Made by a program: the position numbers and the translations under genes. Shown piece by piece: positions 23,844 through 35,428 of a stretch of 64,000 nucleotides of DNA. Location of the stretch: the NCBI GenBank assembly GCA_002269645.1, contig NIVC01003765.1, positions 13,782-77,781 of the forward strand, written 5' to 3'. Under the pieces are notes generated by a model, which was not told the DNA's origin, ran no database searches, and saw nothing but the letters and a program-made list of their open reading frames with translations. This stretch comes from Macrostomum lignano. Taxonomy: Eukaryota. Numbering within the stretch: position 1 is the stretch's first letter; the number at the start of each line of letters is the position of its first letter.

Positions 23844-24723
23844 TGTCTTTGCCTGTTATCTGTTTGTCTGCAACATTTTTTCAGTTTTAATTTGTCGAAC
23901 GTAGAATAGCAACAATGCAAACAGCAAAGATGCACTTTCAAGATCCATAAACTAAAACTTTTGGAGTTTCGAGACGTTACTACGAGCTATATGTATTCAA
24001 AAAGTACAGCTAGACAGAGTTTTCATTTTGAATTACCTAATTTAGATATTAGGTATTAGGGAAGATTTAAGGACAGAAATGAAAATTCATGAGATTTTAA
24101 ATTTCAGTCAGTTGGTATGCGAGTAATACTTAAAATAAATCTGTGGAGTGCAACGTGAGCGTGACGTACAATTTGTATTTTTAAACTCTTGCAAAATTTG
24201 TTTTTGTGCACTCTGCTTAACCGTCGTCATTTCTAAAATAAGATTTAACTTGCACTCGCACTATCTTAGACGCCAAAGCAGATTCGCCACGCCCCACCAG
24301 AGCGTCACACCAGCAGCATTATGCGGGTATTGTACTAAACTGCTTTTAAACTGGTATTGTGTCTGCATGCAGTCTAGTTCGGTTTCGTTTGCTACGAGCG
24401 TACTTGTAGACGGGTAGATATTCACCTCGTTGAGTATGAGCATAGGTCGTGAACATTGCCAAGGAGCTACTGCTATCGTGCTATGCAAAAAAATAAAATG
24501 GAATTTTCCGTTATTTTCCGAAACAACTTGTGCGGAAAGAAGGCCTGCAAGGGACGGATACTATTCTGCTAAGAGCCAAGCTACATTAAAAAGTATTTGT
24601 ACTCGTAACAACGTCGCATGAGTTGAATAGCATATTAATTGCCTTCAAACGCAATTTCTAAAGCTATTATTTGCTAATCACCGCTGTCATTAACTCCCAA
24701 CTCTTTAAGTACAAGCACGCAAA

Positions 24724-26394
24724 ATGGCTTCATCAGTACGGAGCGGACCGATCCACCTCGTCCAGCTAGCTGAAGACACAGAAGATGACTGCATGCGATT
24801 CGAGTTCAACGCTGATATCTTCAAGCAAATGCGAAACGCTCAAAAGCTAGCGACCTGCAAGGTGGTTCTCATTAGCGTGGCCGGAGCCTTCCGCAAGGGC
24901 AAGTCTTTCCTGCTCAACTTCTTCCTGAGATACCTCCGAGCTCTCAGTCGAGGTGACACTCGAGACTGGATTCGATCTGATGACCAGCTCGATGACGGAT
25001 TCCACTGGAGAGCCGGGAGCGAGAGAGACACCACCGGGATCCTCATCTGGTCCGAGCCGTTCTTCATCCGCAAGCCCGACGGACAAGAGGTAGCCGTGCT
25101 GCTGATGGACACTCAGGGCGCATTCGATCACCAGTCGACTCAAAGAGACTGCGCTACGATCTTTGGATTCAGCACACTTCTGAGTTCGGTGCAAATTTTC
25201 AACATCTCGCAGAACATCCAGGAAACAGATCTGCAGCACCTCCGACTGTTTGTCGAGTTTGCTTCAATGGCGAGAGAGTCGAAGGATAAGAAAGTTCTTC
25301 AGCATCTGTGGTTCCTCACCAGAGACTGGCAGAATTCGCACGAGCATGACTATGGTTCTACTGGTGGACAGGAATACCTGGACAAAGTCCTTGCGTGCGA
25401 TAGCCGTAAGCCGAAGGAGAACCAGGAGCTCAGGCTGGGCATCAAGCGGTACTTCGAGCGCGCATCCTGCTGCTTGCTGCCGCATCCAGGAAAGGCAGTT
25501 GCAGCCAAAGACTTCCGAGGTGAAATACATCGACTGGATCCCGAGTTCGTGGATGAAATGGAGAAGTTCATTCCAGTCATTGCCAGTCCACAAGCGCTGG
25601 TAGTAAAAAAGGTGAACGGAACCGAACTTCCTGGAAAAGAGCTATTCAAGTTTTTTGACATATATTTCGAAGCCTTTAAAAACGGGAAAATGCCTACTCC
25701 AAGAAACATTTTCGATGCAACAGTTGAGATGGCAAACATCACCGCTGCTCAGGGGGCGAGGCAGATGTTTGAAGACTCTCTGGATCCGGACCTCCATGAT
25801 GACGAGTTTTTCGACATTCTAGAAGTCCTGAAGCAACAGTCACTGGAATATTTTCTTTCCAACTGCATGCAGCCAGAATCCGCGGCTACCAAGAAGACTC
25901 TGGAGAAGCTGCAAGAGGAGATCCAAGGGCTGCTTGATAACAAGAAGTTCGTCAGGAGGCTGCAGTCGAGGACTTTGAGCGCCGACAGAAAAAACCAACA
26001 ATTGCAGCACGAAATCGGGAGACTGCAGCTACAGAACATGGACGTATTGCAACAGATGGAAAACATGGAGGAGAACTTTAGGAGGACTGAGGAAGAAATC
26101 AGGAGGCAAAGCGTCTCAAAGGATGAAATGGATCGCTTACTGCAAGACTTGTCAATGCAGCACCTTGCTGACAAGATGAAAATTCAGGCTGATAGCGAGA
26201 AGCTTGTGGGAAAAGTGAACCAACTCGCGGAAATGAATTCACAATTGAAAAACCAGCTCTCTGTTCGCCAGCAAGAGGCTCAGCGCTCCTTTGAAAGGCG
26301 AGAACAGTTGAGGCAGAGTGAGGTGGCCGAACTGCAAAGTCGGATTTCCCAGCTCGAGTCGAGAAAACCAAAAAGATCGTGCGTCTTGATGTAG
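24724..26394 (+). CDS. Atlastin-family GTPase, soluble coiled-coil form with polybasic CaaX (paralog 3, 556 aa)
   Basis: GAFRKGKS, SERDTTG, DTQG, TRDW motifs; no TM; ends RKPKRSCVLM*. Confidence 0.92.
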   Translation: MASSVRSGPIHLVQLAEDTEDDCMRFEFNADIFKQMRNAQKLATCKVVLISVAGAFRKGKSFLLNFFLRYLRALSRGDTRDWIRSDDQLDDGFHWRAGSERDTTGILIWSEPFFIRKPDGQEVAVLLMDTQGAFDHQSTQRDCATIFGFSTLLSSVQIFNISQNIQETDLQHLRLFVEFASMARESKDKKVLQHLWFLTRDWQNSHEHDYGSTGGQEYLDKVLACDSRKPKENQELRLGIKRYFERASCCLLPHPGKAVAAKDFRGEIHRLDPEFVDEMEKFIPVIASPQALVVKKVNGTELPGKELFKFFDIYFEAFKNGKMPTPRNIFDATVEMANITAAQGARQMFEDSLDPDLHDDEFFDILEVLKQQSLEYFLSNCMQPESAATKKTLEKLQEEIQGLLDNKKFVRRLQSRTLSADRKNQQLQHEIGRLQLQNMDVLQQMENMEENFRRTEEEIRRQSVSKDEMDRLLQDLSMQHLADKMKIQADSEKLVGKVNQLAEMNSQLKNQLSVRQQEAQRSFERREQLRQSEVAELQSRISQLESRKPKRSCVLM

Positions 26395-27419
26395 ACTTCG
26401 CATTGTCTCCTTGCTGAGGCTTTTAGCTTATGAGGCGATATCTGTAGCTAATTGAATAACGATATTATTCGTTTCAAAATCAGAAAAGTACATGTAGCTT
26501 TTTGCATGCTTGTTACGCTAATATTTAATTCAATTTTTATTTAAGAAAATTTTAGTTTCTGAAATTCAAGTAGCTACCAAAAAATTATTATAATTAGTGG
26601 TTGCGAGAAATAATGATATGACATTGTAATATTGATATTCGTTTATTAACCCTTTTTAACACATCGTATATGTTTCAAGTAAGTTTTATATCCTCATATA
26701 ACAGTAGCAATGCACGAGAATATATCAATTTGTCTATCTTATTCTAAAATTGCACTCTAATGCTCTACGTAACTTTTTAGCTCCCACAGATATAATTTCA
26801 TGTGTTATTTTAAACCATCCATTGTTTACCTTGTTTGCGGTGTTTTATTTCAAGCTAATGACATCACAGATAATGAGCTATCTTTATTTTAAATTAATGA
26901 TCGAATTTTTAAGTTTGCATATCTAACAAATATATAGTTTAACTACTCAGCAATAATCTTTCTGGCTTACACCAAACTAGATGCGGATTTTTTAGTACAT
27001 TAGTGGTCCTTATCCTTATCCTTATCCTTATTTAGATTAATCCTTAACAATAAATTATTTTAATAATATTATTATTGTCTTTTATGAAATACCGTAGTTG
27101 TAGTAAAAGTAACTTCTTAGCGAAAATTTTATTTAACAAATGGGTCAATAACCTATCTCGCGGCTCATCAGGCCCTTCGGAATAGCTAGCAGACAAGGCT
27201 CTGTCAGTAGTCGGCAGTAGGCCATAGACTAATTCGTTTTCGTCTCGTGTTCCTTTTCGCCCCCCTCTGAAAGTAATATCGCAGTCATGAGCCAATAGGA
27301 AGGAACGGGGGAAAGGGATGCTAAAAGTGAAGGTCGAGCGAGACAAAAATAACTGGCTCAGATTAGCACTCCATTCTATTCTTTCCTCCGTGGTTGGAAT
27401 TGTCATAGTTCGTATTTAC

Positions 27420-27832
27420 ATATTGGTTTTGTCAGCCTTAACTGAGAATAAAGCCATCCAAATTGAGAATCCTGCCTACGCTGACTGCGAAGGGCCTGGC
27501 TGCGTGCAGCCTTAGTCTATGGGCCATAGACAATAAAGGACAAGCAAAGTGATAAAAAGCCATCCAATGTGAGAATCGATTGGTCTTTTAAAACTTTGCT
27601 TGTCCTTTATAGTCTATGGCTCATAGACTAGGCTGGACGCAGCCAGGCCCTTCGTATTCAGCGTTGGCAGGATTTTCACATTGGATGGCTTTTTTATCAC
27701 TTTGCTTGTACTTTATAGTCTATGGCCCATAGACTAAGGCTGCACGCAGCCAGGCCCTTCGTAGTCAGCGTAGGCAGGATTCTCACTTTGGATGGATGGC
27801 TTTATTCTCAGTTAGGCTGACAAAACCAATAT
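27420..27832. mobile_element. Foldback MITE-like palindrome with ~105-bp subrepeats
   Basis: atattggttttgtcagcc...actgagaataaagccatcc at left versus ggatggctttattctcagttaggctgacaaaaccaatat at right; internal unit with gtctatgg-ccatagac palindrome, about 1.5 copies forward and 2 copies reverse. Confidence 0.75.
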
Positions 27833-29766
27833 TGTTCCCTTTTGTCTATGGTTTCCGGCATTCATACTTGCGGTAACAATTTAATTGTTTGTCGGCTTTT
27901 TTCGATTGTTGCCGGATTTCAGACGAATGTATTTGGCTATCAAAACAAGGAACAACAATAGCAACACGGCGAAAGTGTTTCATAGTCACAAAAAGTTCTT
28001 AAGAACAAACCGATCGAATCAATTGTTTTACTTTCCGTAAAAGTTGAATGTGCAGTTGTGGAACTGACCACCACAGAGGCTTCTCGGCAGGTCTTGGCCG
28101 CCCTCGGGTGCTTTCATCAGCTCACTGAGTCACTCTCAAGTCGGTCCAACATTTCCAGATCTTCGCTACCTAGCTCAGGCAGCCCGTTGGAACTGGACGA
28201 CGCATCCAGGTTGTCCATCTCCAGAACGTAGCGCGTGCTCGACTCTCGGGTGACAAAAGCCAACTCGTCCGTGGAGAGTCCACATATTTCTCCGCCAGGA
28301 ATGTTTGCGTAGCGAATCATAGCTACTTTTCCTATTTGCACTCCGAATAGGAGAATTAATTCAAGCTCAAAATCAACTAGAGAATTAACTCATGGCAGCC
28401 AGGCTAGCTGTCTTCACTGTCCTTTAAATTTGCCATAAACGATTAATTATCTGTACAACCCTTTCATTTAGAGAGCAACTAAATTTGCCATAGACGATTG
28501 ATTATCTCTACAACCCTTTCAAAGCGCATTCCGGCAACAATCGCATTTCATACTCAGCATCCGCACTATGTCTGGGCCATAGACAAGGGAAGTCAAAAGG
28601 GTACAATAATGACATGTACCGATTTTTTTCGGCAGCAATTGCACTAATCGCCGGCTAAAGTTCTATGTAATTATAATTTATACTGTTGTCTATGGTACTA
28701 AGCTTTACATTTGAAATATACAAGTTGTAAAAACATTAACTTGAAATTCTTATTATATGCATATTGAGTTTTCTATTTATTGATGTTGGCTATAGAAAAT
28801 TGCAACGGGCGCGGGCTGCCGTGCGTTTCACCCCGTTTCAATTCAACACGTCTAGGCCAACTATGGCTAACGAAAACTCGTGCGTCATTGGCAAAAGCAC
28901 GAGTGCGACTAGAATCGTTCCTAACGACCCTAAACCCTCGTGCGCTTGTGGATAAGGAATTCAGTGCAGTACATTGGCTGCTACAGTTCGGCCTTGAACT
29001 CGTCCGTTAATGCATTCAGAAGCCGCGCGTTATCTAAATGAAAGCATGGCAATCATGGGTTGCCATGGAGACTTTTCACAACACGAGACAGCAAAAGCGA
29101 GCTGATAAATTGTGAAGTCACGGAATATTTTCATGCGCTGCCGCGTGAAAATTAAACTAAAATAATCGAGTATTATGTAGATAAGAACTCTAAAACCCCA
29201 GTAGAAATGCGAAAAATAAACACCACCCCAAAAGCCGGCCGAAACTTTATGCACTGCGTGCAGGAAGCAGTTAGAATAGGGATCTCGCATAGGGAGAGGA
29301 AAGGAGGGCAGAAAAGCTGACTGAAAAGTTCTTCTGGCTGGTCTATTTATCAAAAAAGATCTAGAATCTGTTCGGCTGTTATGCTCAGGTACGTACCTTG
29401 TTATGAACTATGTAAAGCGGCTGGGTATAAATGCGGCTCACTGTTCACCGAAAATCGGACCAGTTTTAATTCTTAACTAGAATTCGCTGCAACTCAGTGC
29501 ACCTTCAAGGTAAGACTCAAATTTAAATTGTTTTTTCAGTTTTCGCGACTGTTTGGCAAAGTCATCAAATAAAGCCGAAACTCTCTGTAGGACGCACTAA
29601 AAGTAGATGAGCGTAAAATATCATTCCTGATTACGTGAAAAAGCTTAAGTTTTCTCTTAAAGTAATTTGTCGGATACGGGAAATAAGATCTAACAATTTC
29701 CACATTGAGTCAAACCTTTTTTCTATACGAATTTTTCCATTTCGCTCGTTCCTAAAAGCAACAGAA

Positions 29767-30477
29767 TGTAAAGAGTTCGATTTAGCACACTAGAGAGAGA
29801 TGGAACAGAGAGAAAGAGAGAGAGATAATTAAGTCTAGTCTAAACGCACGAACTCCCACTTCCAAGACACTGGGGAACAAGTGCCTACTCGTAGGTATGC
29901 ACAAAATCAAATAACTGCAGCGGATCCTCTGGTGGTCTGTAGACGTCTGAGTCTTGTAGGTTGTCGGGCTGGTTAGCTTGTTGAGCGGTAACGGCGACCG
30001 GTTTCGGTGAACCGCGGTTGCTTCCGTGAGTCCCTTAACTTTATCTGTGGGCTGTAGCAACTTCCTTTATTTGTTTCACGTTCTGTCTTCCTCGCTCATG
30101 TTTGAATCTCTCTTCAATTCTGATTGGCTGCCTCTCAGCGCCTTATCTCTATCTTTGCCTTTCTTTGCCTTTTCGTCGCGCCTTATACCCACTCCCCATT
30201 GCACACTAATGTTTTTGTTATTTTTTTTCGACCCCCTCGCGCTCTCGTGCTCTATTCATCCCCCGGTCTCTTACCGTGGATGCAACCCCCATCCTCTCTA
30301 ATTTAGTCAATGCCTTATAAATATATGAATTTGGGCCCTGCGCCCTCTTGTCTGGTTTTGTGTGTTCAACTCCAATAAAATATTGACTAGCGTTTCCTGA
30401 TATTATTTACATGGGTCGACCAAAGTCGAGAGCGGGAGGATCAGAAGTCTTGACGGTCCTCGAGCTCGGAATTAACA
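29767..30477 (+). mobile_element. Solo LTR (711 bp) with 6-bp TSD
   Basis: Begins TGT(aaag), ends (atta)ACA; flanked by ACAGAA at 29761-29766 and 30478-30483; TATAAA at 30316 and AATAAA at 30374. Confidence 0.7.
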
Positions 30478-30903
30478 ACAGAACGTGCGGCCTTATGAAC
30501 AATTGAATTCCCTAAGTTTCTGCTATAGGTCCTCCTGAAGGGTGTCTTCTTCGTTACATCCGAAACGTAACGGATAACTTAAATCAGTCAATAAATCTTC
30601 TAGGAATATATCCTAGGAAACAAGGAGGCCTTCTTAAATCCCGGTGTAAAAAAGTCGTCGTTCGGACTCGTACATGTCAGGGTCCCCGGGTACGACCGCG
30701 GTACAAAGTATTTTAATCGAAAAGACGTCTTTTTCTTACCAACAGCGAACGATTTCCGGACTGTAGAAAAAGCGTTTCATACTACTTATAGTCGGATTCA
30801 GTAGGGTATACAAAATGTGTTTCGGATGCGTTTTGCTAAAATAATAGTTGATAGAATATTAATACGATATGTCGACAAAAACGGCTGTCGTAAACTTACT
30901 TAA

Positions 30904-32134
30904 CAGCAGGAATACCAAGCCATTTTTCCGCCCGTCGAACTACCAAGAGGGGGGAAAATCCCCCTGACAATTTTTTTTGCTGCGCCGGAACGGAGCAACG
31001 CAGGCATACGAAATTCAAGAACACGGGCTAACTTTTTGTTGCGCACCTTCTCAAACAAGAATCAAGTCGCCAGCCATCCGGACCGTCGAGATATTCGACG
31101 ATTCTGCCAGAAGGTCGGATTTTTCCCCTAAGCGCTAGTGCATTCAGTACACCCCTGTGCGCCAATCAGCACTGCACCTCAGTTCAGCCTTGCCAAGCCT
31201 CCAAATTTCATCAGCACGTCGACCACATGTGTCTGCATCAGCTCTGACTTTGTTGGTCACTAGCCTTCACCCAGGCGGAGCTTCTGGACCTTCAACAGGT
31301 GGCACCAAGTGACTATGGACACTCTGATACGAATTTCTCGAGTTTCGCTGATCAAGCCTCGACAGTGGGCAAACCTCAACTGCTAGGTATCCTCAGCTAG
31401 TCAAGGGGGGCCGTAGCCCAGCGGTAGCGCAGCTGCTCTGGTGTGCCAGCGACCCAGGCTCGATTCCAAGTGCAGTCACATTAATTTGGGGCTGAATTGG
31501 AATCTCGGCTTGGCTCTGTTCGTGCAATTAACGGCCTTGAGAGCCAACCCCCAAGGCGCAGTGAAGTGTACATGCCTAACGATAATATAAAGTTAGGGCC
31601 GCTGTACACTCCTGTGTGAGTGTGTGCCTGCGTACGTATCCGCGCGCTCAGGGGAGTCGGCGCAATGGGCAGTAATGCCTCTCGCCGGTTGTGTGCCTAT
31701 GTCGCTTAAAGTCGCTTATGCCAGGGTGCACACAACCCCACTGCCTCTAAAAATCCTCAGCTAGTCTCTCAAGCCTTCCATCATCACCCTGACGCCGTCA
31801 GCACCTTCAACAGATTACACCAGGTGACTACGAGTAGCCTGATAGGAATTTCTCGAGTTTCACTGATCAAGCCTTGACAATGGGCAAGCCTAAACCGTGG
31901 GACAGCCTCAGATAGTCTCTCAAGCATTCAGTCATCACCCGGACGCCGTCGGCACCTTCTGGCAGAATCGTCGAATATCTCGACGGTCCGGAGAGCTGGC
32001 GACTTGATTCTTGTTTGAGAAGGTGCGCAACAAAAAGTTAGCCCGTGTTCTTGAATTTCGTATGCCTGCGTTGCTCCGTTCCGGCGCAGCAAAAAAATTG
32101 TCAGGGGAGATTTCCCCCCCTAGTAGTTCCACTG
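30904..32134. mobile_element. TTAA-flanked non-autonomous DNA transposon (long TIRs), internally deleted, with nested SINE
   Basis: TTAA at 30900-30903 and 32135-32138; ends cagcaggaatacc / (rc) cagtggaactac; arms homologous to 32711-34587; left and right arms joined at microhomology accttc (31954-31959). Confidence 0.8.
31403..31752 (+). mobile_element. tRNA-derived SINE (350 bp) with 14-bp TSD
   Basis: Pol III A-box-like tagcccagcgg and B-box-like ggctcgattcc in a tRNA-like head; TSD atcctcagctagtc at 31389-31402 and 31753-31766; related copies at 5816 and 6930. Confidence 0.85.
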
Positions 32135-32710
32135 TTAATCAACTTGTTAGCGCTATAGTAGCAAAGAGCTAAATCTGGAAACGCTTATCAATCGGTCCGG
32201 ATTTCGTGCCTCAGAGATGGGTCTTCTTTTTTAAGTCTTCAAAAGTCAGTCTTGAGACTGCTCCGAGTCTGATTTTTTACTCAGATTTTTGCTTATGTCA
32301 TGCGCGTTTGATTAAGGGGTCATGAATGTTTGATTATTACCGTATATGGAATTAAGCAAATACAACATCTGAGAACCGGTTCCTTGCAAATAAACGTTGG
32401 TCCTACGTAGGGTTCTGAGTCACTACTGTTTACACATGACTCATTCTAAAAATAGATATTCTAAAAATAGATATGACTCATAATAACTCATTTAAAAACA
32501 GATTGCGAGTTTAAATTGGTTTTATTAGATGTTACTTTAAGTAGTGCATTAGGGTATGACTAACGGCTCTCTACAAATGGACCTGTCCTGTTCTGCTTGT
32601 GGCAGAATGATTGCGTCCTCTTCTTTCCGATAGCAGCCATAGTATGACAAAGTTGAAGTGACGGTTGGTTGGTTGTGAGCTGGGTAACGGTGCGGGGTTT
32701 GTTTGCTTAA

Positions 32711-34587
32711 CAGCAGGAATGCCAAGCCATTTTTCCGCCCGTCGAACTACCAAGGGGGGGAAAAAAATTCCCCCCCCTGACAATTTTTTTTGCTGCGCCG
32801 GAACGGAGCAACGCAGGCATACGAAATTCAAGAACATGGGCTGACTTTTTGTTGCGCACCTTCTCAAACAAGAATCAAGTCGCCAGCCATCCGGACCGTC
32901 GAGATATTCGACGATTCTTCCAGAAGGTCGGATTTTTCCCATAAGCGCTAGTGTATTCAGTACACCCCTGTGCGCCAATCAGCACTGCGCCTCAGCGCAG
33001 CCTTGCAATGCCTCCAAATTTCATCAGCACGTCGACCACATGTGTCTGCATCAGCTCTGACTTTGTTGGTCACTAGCCTTCACCCAGGCGGAGCTTCTGG
33101 ACCTTCAACAGGTGGCACCAAGTGACTATGGACACTCTGATACGAATTTCTCGAGTTTCGCTGATCAAGTCTCGACAGTGGGCATACCTCAACTGCTAGG
33201 TATCCTCAGCTAGTCTTTCGAGCCTTCCATCATCACCCCGACGCCGTCGGCACCTTCAACAGATGACACCAGGCGACTATGAACACCTTGATGCGAACTT
33301 CTCGAGTTTCACCGATCAAGCCTCGACAGTGAGCAAGCCTCAACTGCCGGACACCCTCAGCTAATCTCTCAAGCATTCAGTCATCACTCGGACGCCGTCG
33401 GAACCTTCAACAGATGACACCAGGCGACTATGAACACCTTGATGCGAACTTCTCGAGTTTCACCGATCAAGCCTCGACAGTAGGCAAGCCTCAACTGCCG
33501 GACACCCTCAGCTAGTCTCTCAAGCATTCCGTCATCATCCCGACGCCGTCGGCTCTTTCAACAGATTACAACAGGTGACTATGAACATCCTATTGCAAAT
33601 ATGTCAGGTTTTTCTGATCAAGCTTCAATATTGGGCAAACCTCAACTGCTGGACATCCTCAGCTAGTCTCTCAAGCATTCAGCCAGCACCCCGACGCCGT
33701 CGGCACCTTCAACAGGTGGCACCAGGGGAGTAATGACACCTGAGCGTGATTTTTCATCATGCTCTTAACATTTCTGAAGCTCTCAGATTTTTTTAAGCAC
33801 GAACATTGGTATAGTTAAGCTTGAACTCATGTTGCTGTATATTTATATTATTATTACACATACTTTTATGCATACGAGCTACATACATATTTTATTCGAA
33901 AAGCTGTTTAGTTTATTCAGCTATAATATTGAACCCAATGCAGAAAGGGTTATGCTTTTAAAAAGCCAGTAAATTCAGTCGGTTTTTTCATTTTTTTAAT
34001 GATTCAGAAATGTTAAGAGCATGATGAAAAATCACGCTCACGTGTCATTACTCCCCTGGTGCCACCTGTTGAAGGTGCCGACGGCGTCGGGGTGATGACT
34101 GAATGCTTGAGAGACTAGCTGAAGATGTTCTGCGGTTGAGGCTTGCCCATTGGCAAGGCTTGATCAGCGAAACTCGAGAAATTCGTATCAGAGTGTCCAT
34201 AGTCACTTGGTGCCACCTGTTGAAGGTCCAGAAGCTCCGCCTGGGTGAAGGCTAGTGACCAACGAAGTCAGAGCTGATGCAGACACATGTGGTCGACGTG
34301 CTGATGAAATTTGGAGGCTTGGCAAGGCTGCGCTGAGGCGCAGTGCTGATTGGCGCACAGGGGTGTACTGAATACACTAGCGCTTATGGGAAAAATCCGA
34401 CCTTCTGGCAGAATCGTCGAATATCTCGACGGTCCGGATGGCTGGCGACTTGATTCTTGTTTGAGAAGGTGCGCAACAAAAAGTTAGCCCGTGTTCTTGA
34501 ATTTTGTGTGTCTGCGTTGCTCCGTTCCGGCGCAGCAAAAAAAATTGTCAGGGGGGGGGGAATTTCCCCCCCTTGGTAGTTCTACTG
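32711..34587. mobile_element. TTAA-flanked non-autonomous foldback DNA transposon (1877 bp)
   Basis: TTAA at 32707-32710 and 34588-34591; left arm 32711-33778 and right arm 34003-34587 are inverted repeats around an AT-rich spacer; 151-bp subrepeat (33102, 33253, 33404, 33555, 33706) expanded in the left arm; no transposase ORF. Confidence 0.85.
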
Positions 34588-35428
34588 TTAACTTAGCTTA
34601 GTCACTTTGTTTGCATCGTGCGTTCAGCGTGTACTCAGTGAATCAGAGCGTACTCTGTGCAGTTCAATGTGCATCATTGAGCTAGCCTTGCATCGCTCCT
34701 TAAGTCTCTACCATTTCGTACTCTCTCCACTTACTTTGCCAGTGTTCATCAGTGAAATTCAATATTATTCAAGCTTTTGCTCTCGATTTTTAACTCGTTA
34801 GACTAACTTTAGCGTAACTGCAACGTTAGATAGCTAATTTAACTATCAATAACTCGTTTAAGTAACTTTGGCTATTCTACAAATATATCGCAAGAATTCA
34901 TACTCGTTATTAACAACAATCAGTTCCTGACGTCAGAAGTGGTGGCGAAAAAGTGCTGAAAAATAAACACATACACTTAGCAACATTGAAAAGTCGCCAT
35001 TCTATGCGCCAGTGAGCAATTTCTCTTGGACTTTTTTGAAAACAAATATACGAAAAAACTGATCGGGGTAGCTTTAATCCGTCCAACCCGCGACCTCTCC
35101 CCCACTTTATTCCTCAACTCAAGTCTGCCGCGGTGTAGCTAAGTTGCGGCAAAGATAGAGAGACTTTACCTGCACTCTCAAAAGTGGCGACCACAGACTG
35201 AATCTTCTGTGATGACGACTTTTAAATGTTGCTGAGTATATTACAGTTACGAAGGAGCTGACACATGCTGATTCGACGATTCCAGAAATGTACTTTAATT
35301 TTCCTATTCTAGCTCGTAAGGTGATGAAAAGTATTTCCTATTCGATAACACCACAACTGCAAGATATTTTGTGCGAGCTATGACAGATGAGACTAAGATC
35401 GAAATTCTTATGCAATCTATTTTCAGAA

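Noticed and set aside
28095-28125. CTGATGA motif (minus strand here; also in the TTAA elements) as a hammerhead ribozyme
   Set aside because: No stem II followed by GAAA in the required arrangement.
32571-32978. 135-aa ORF (and related short ORFs at 31935 and 59630) as a transposase
   Set aside because: Lies in the TIR arm, has no DDE or HTH signature, and the frame is not preserved among copies.
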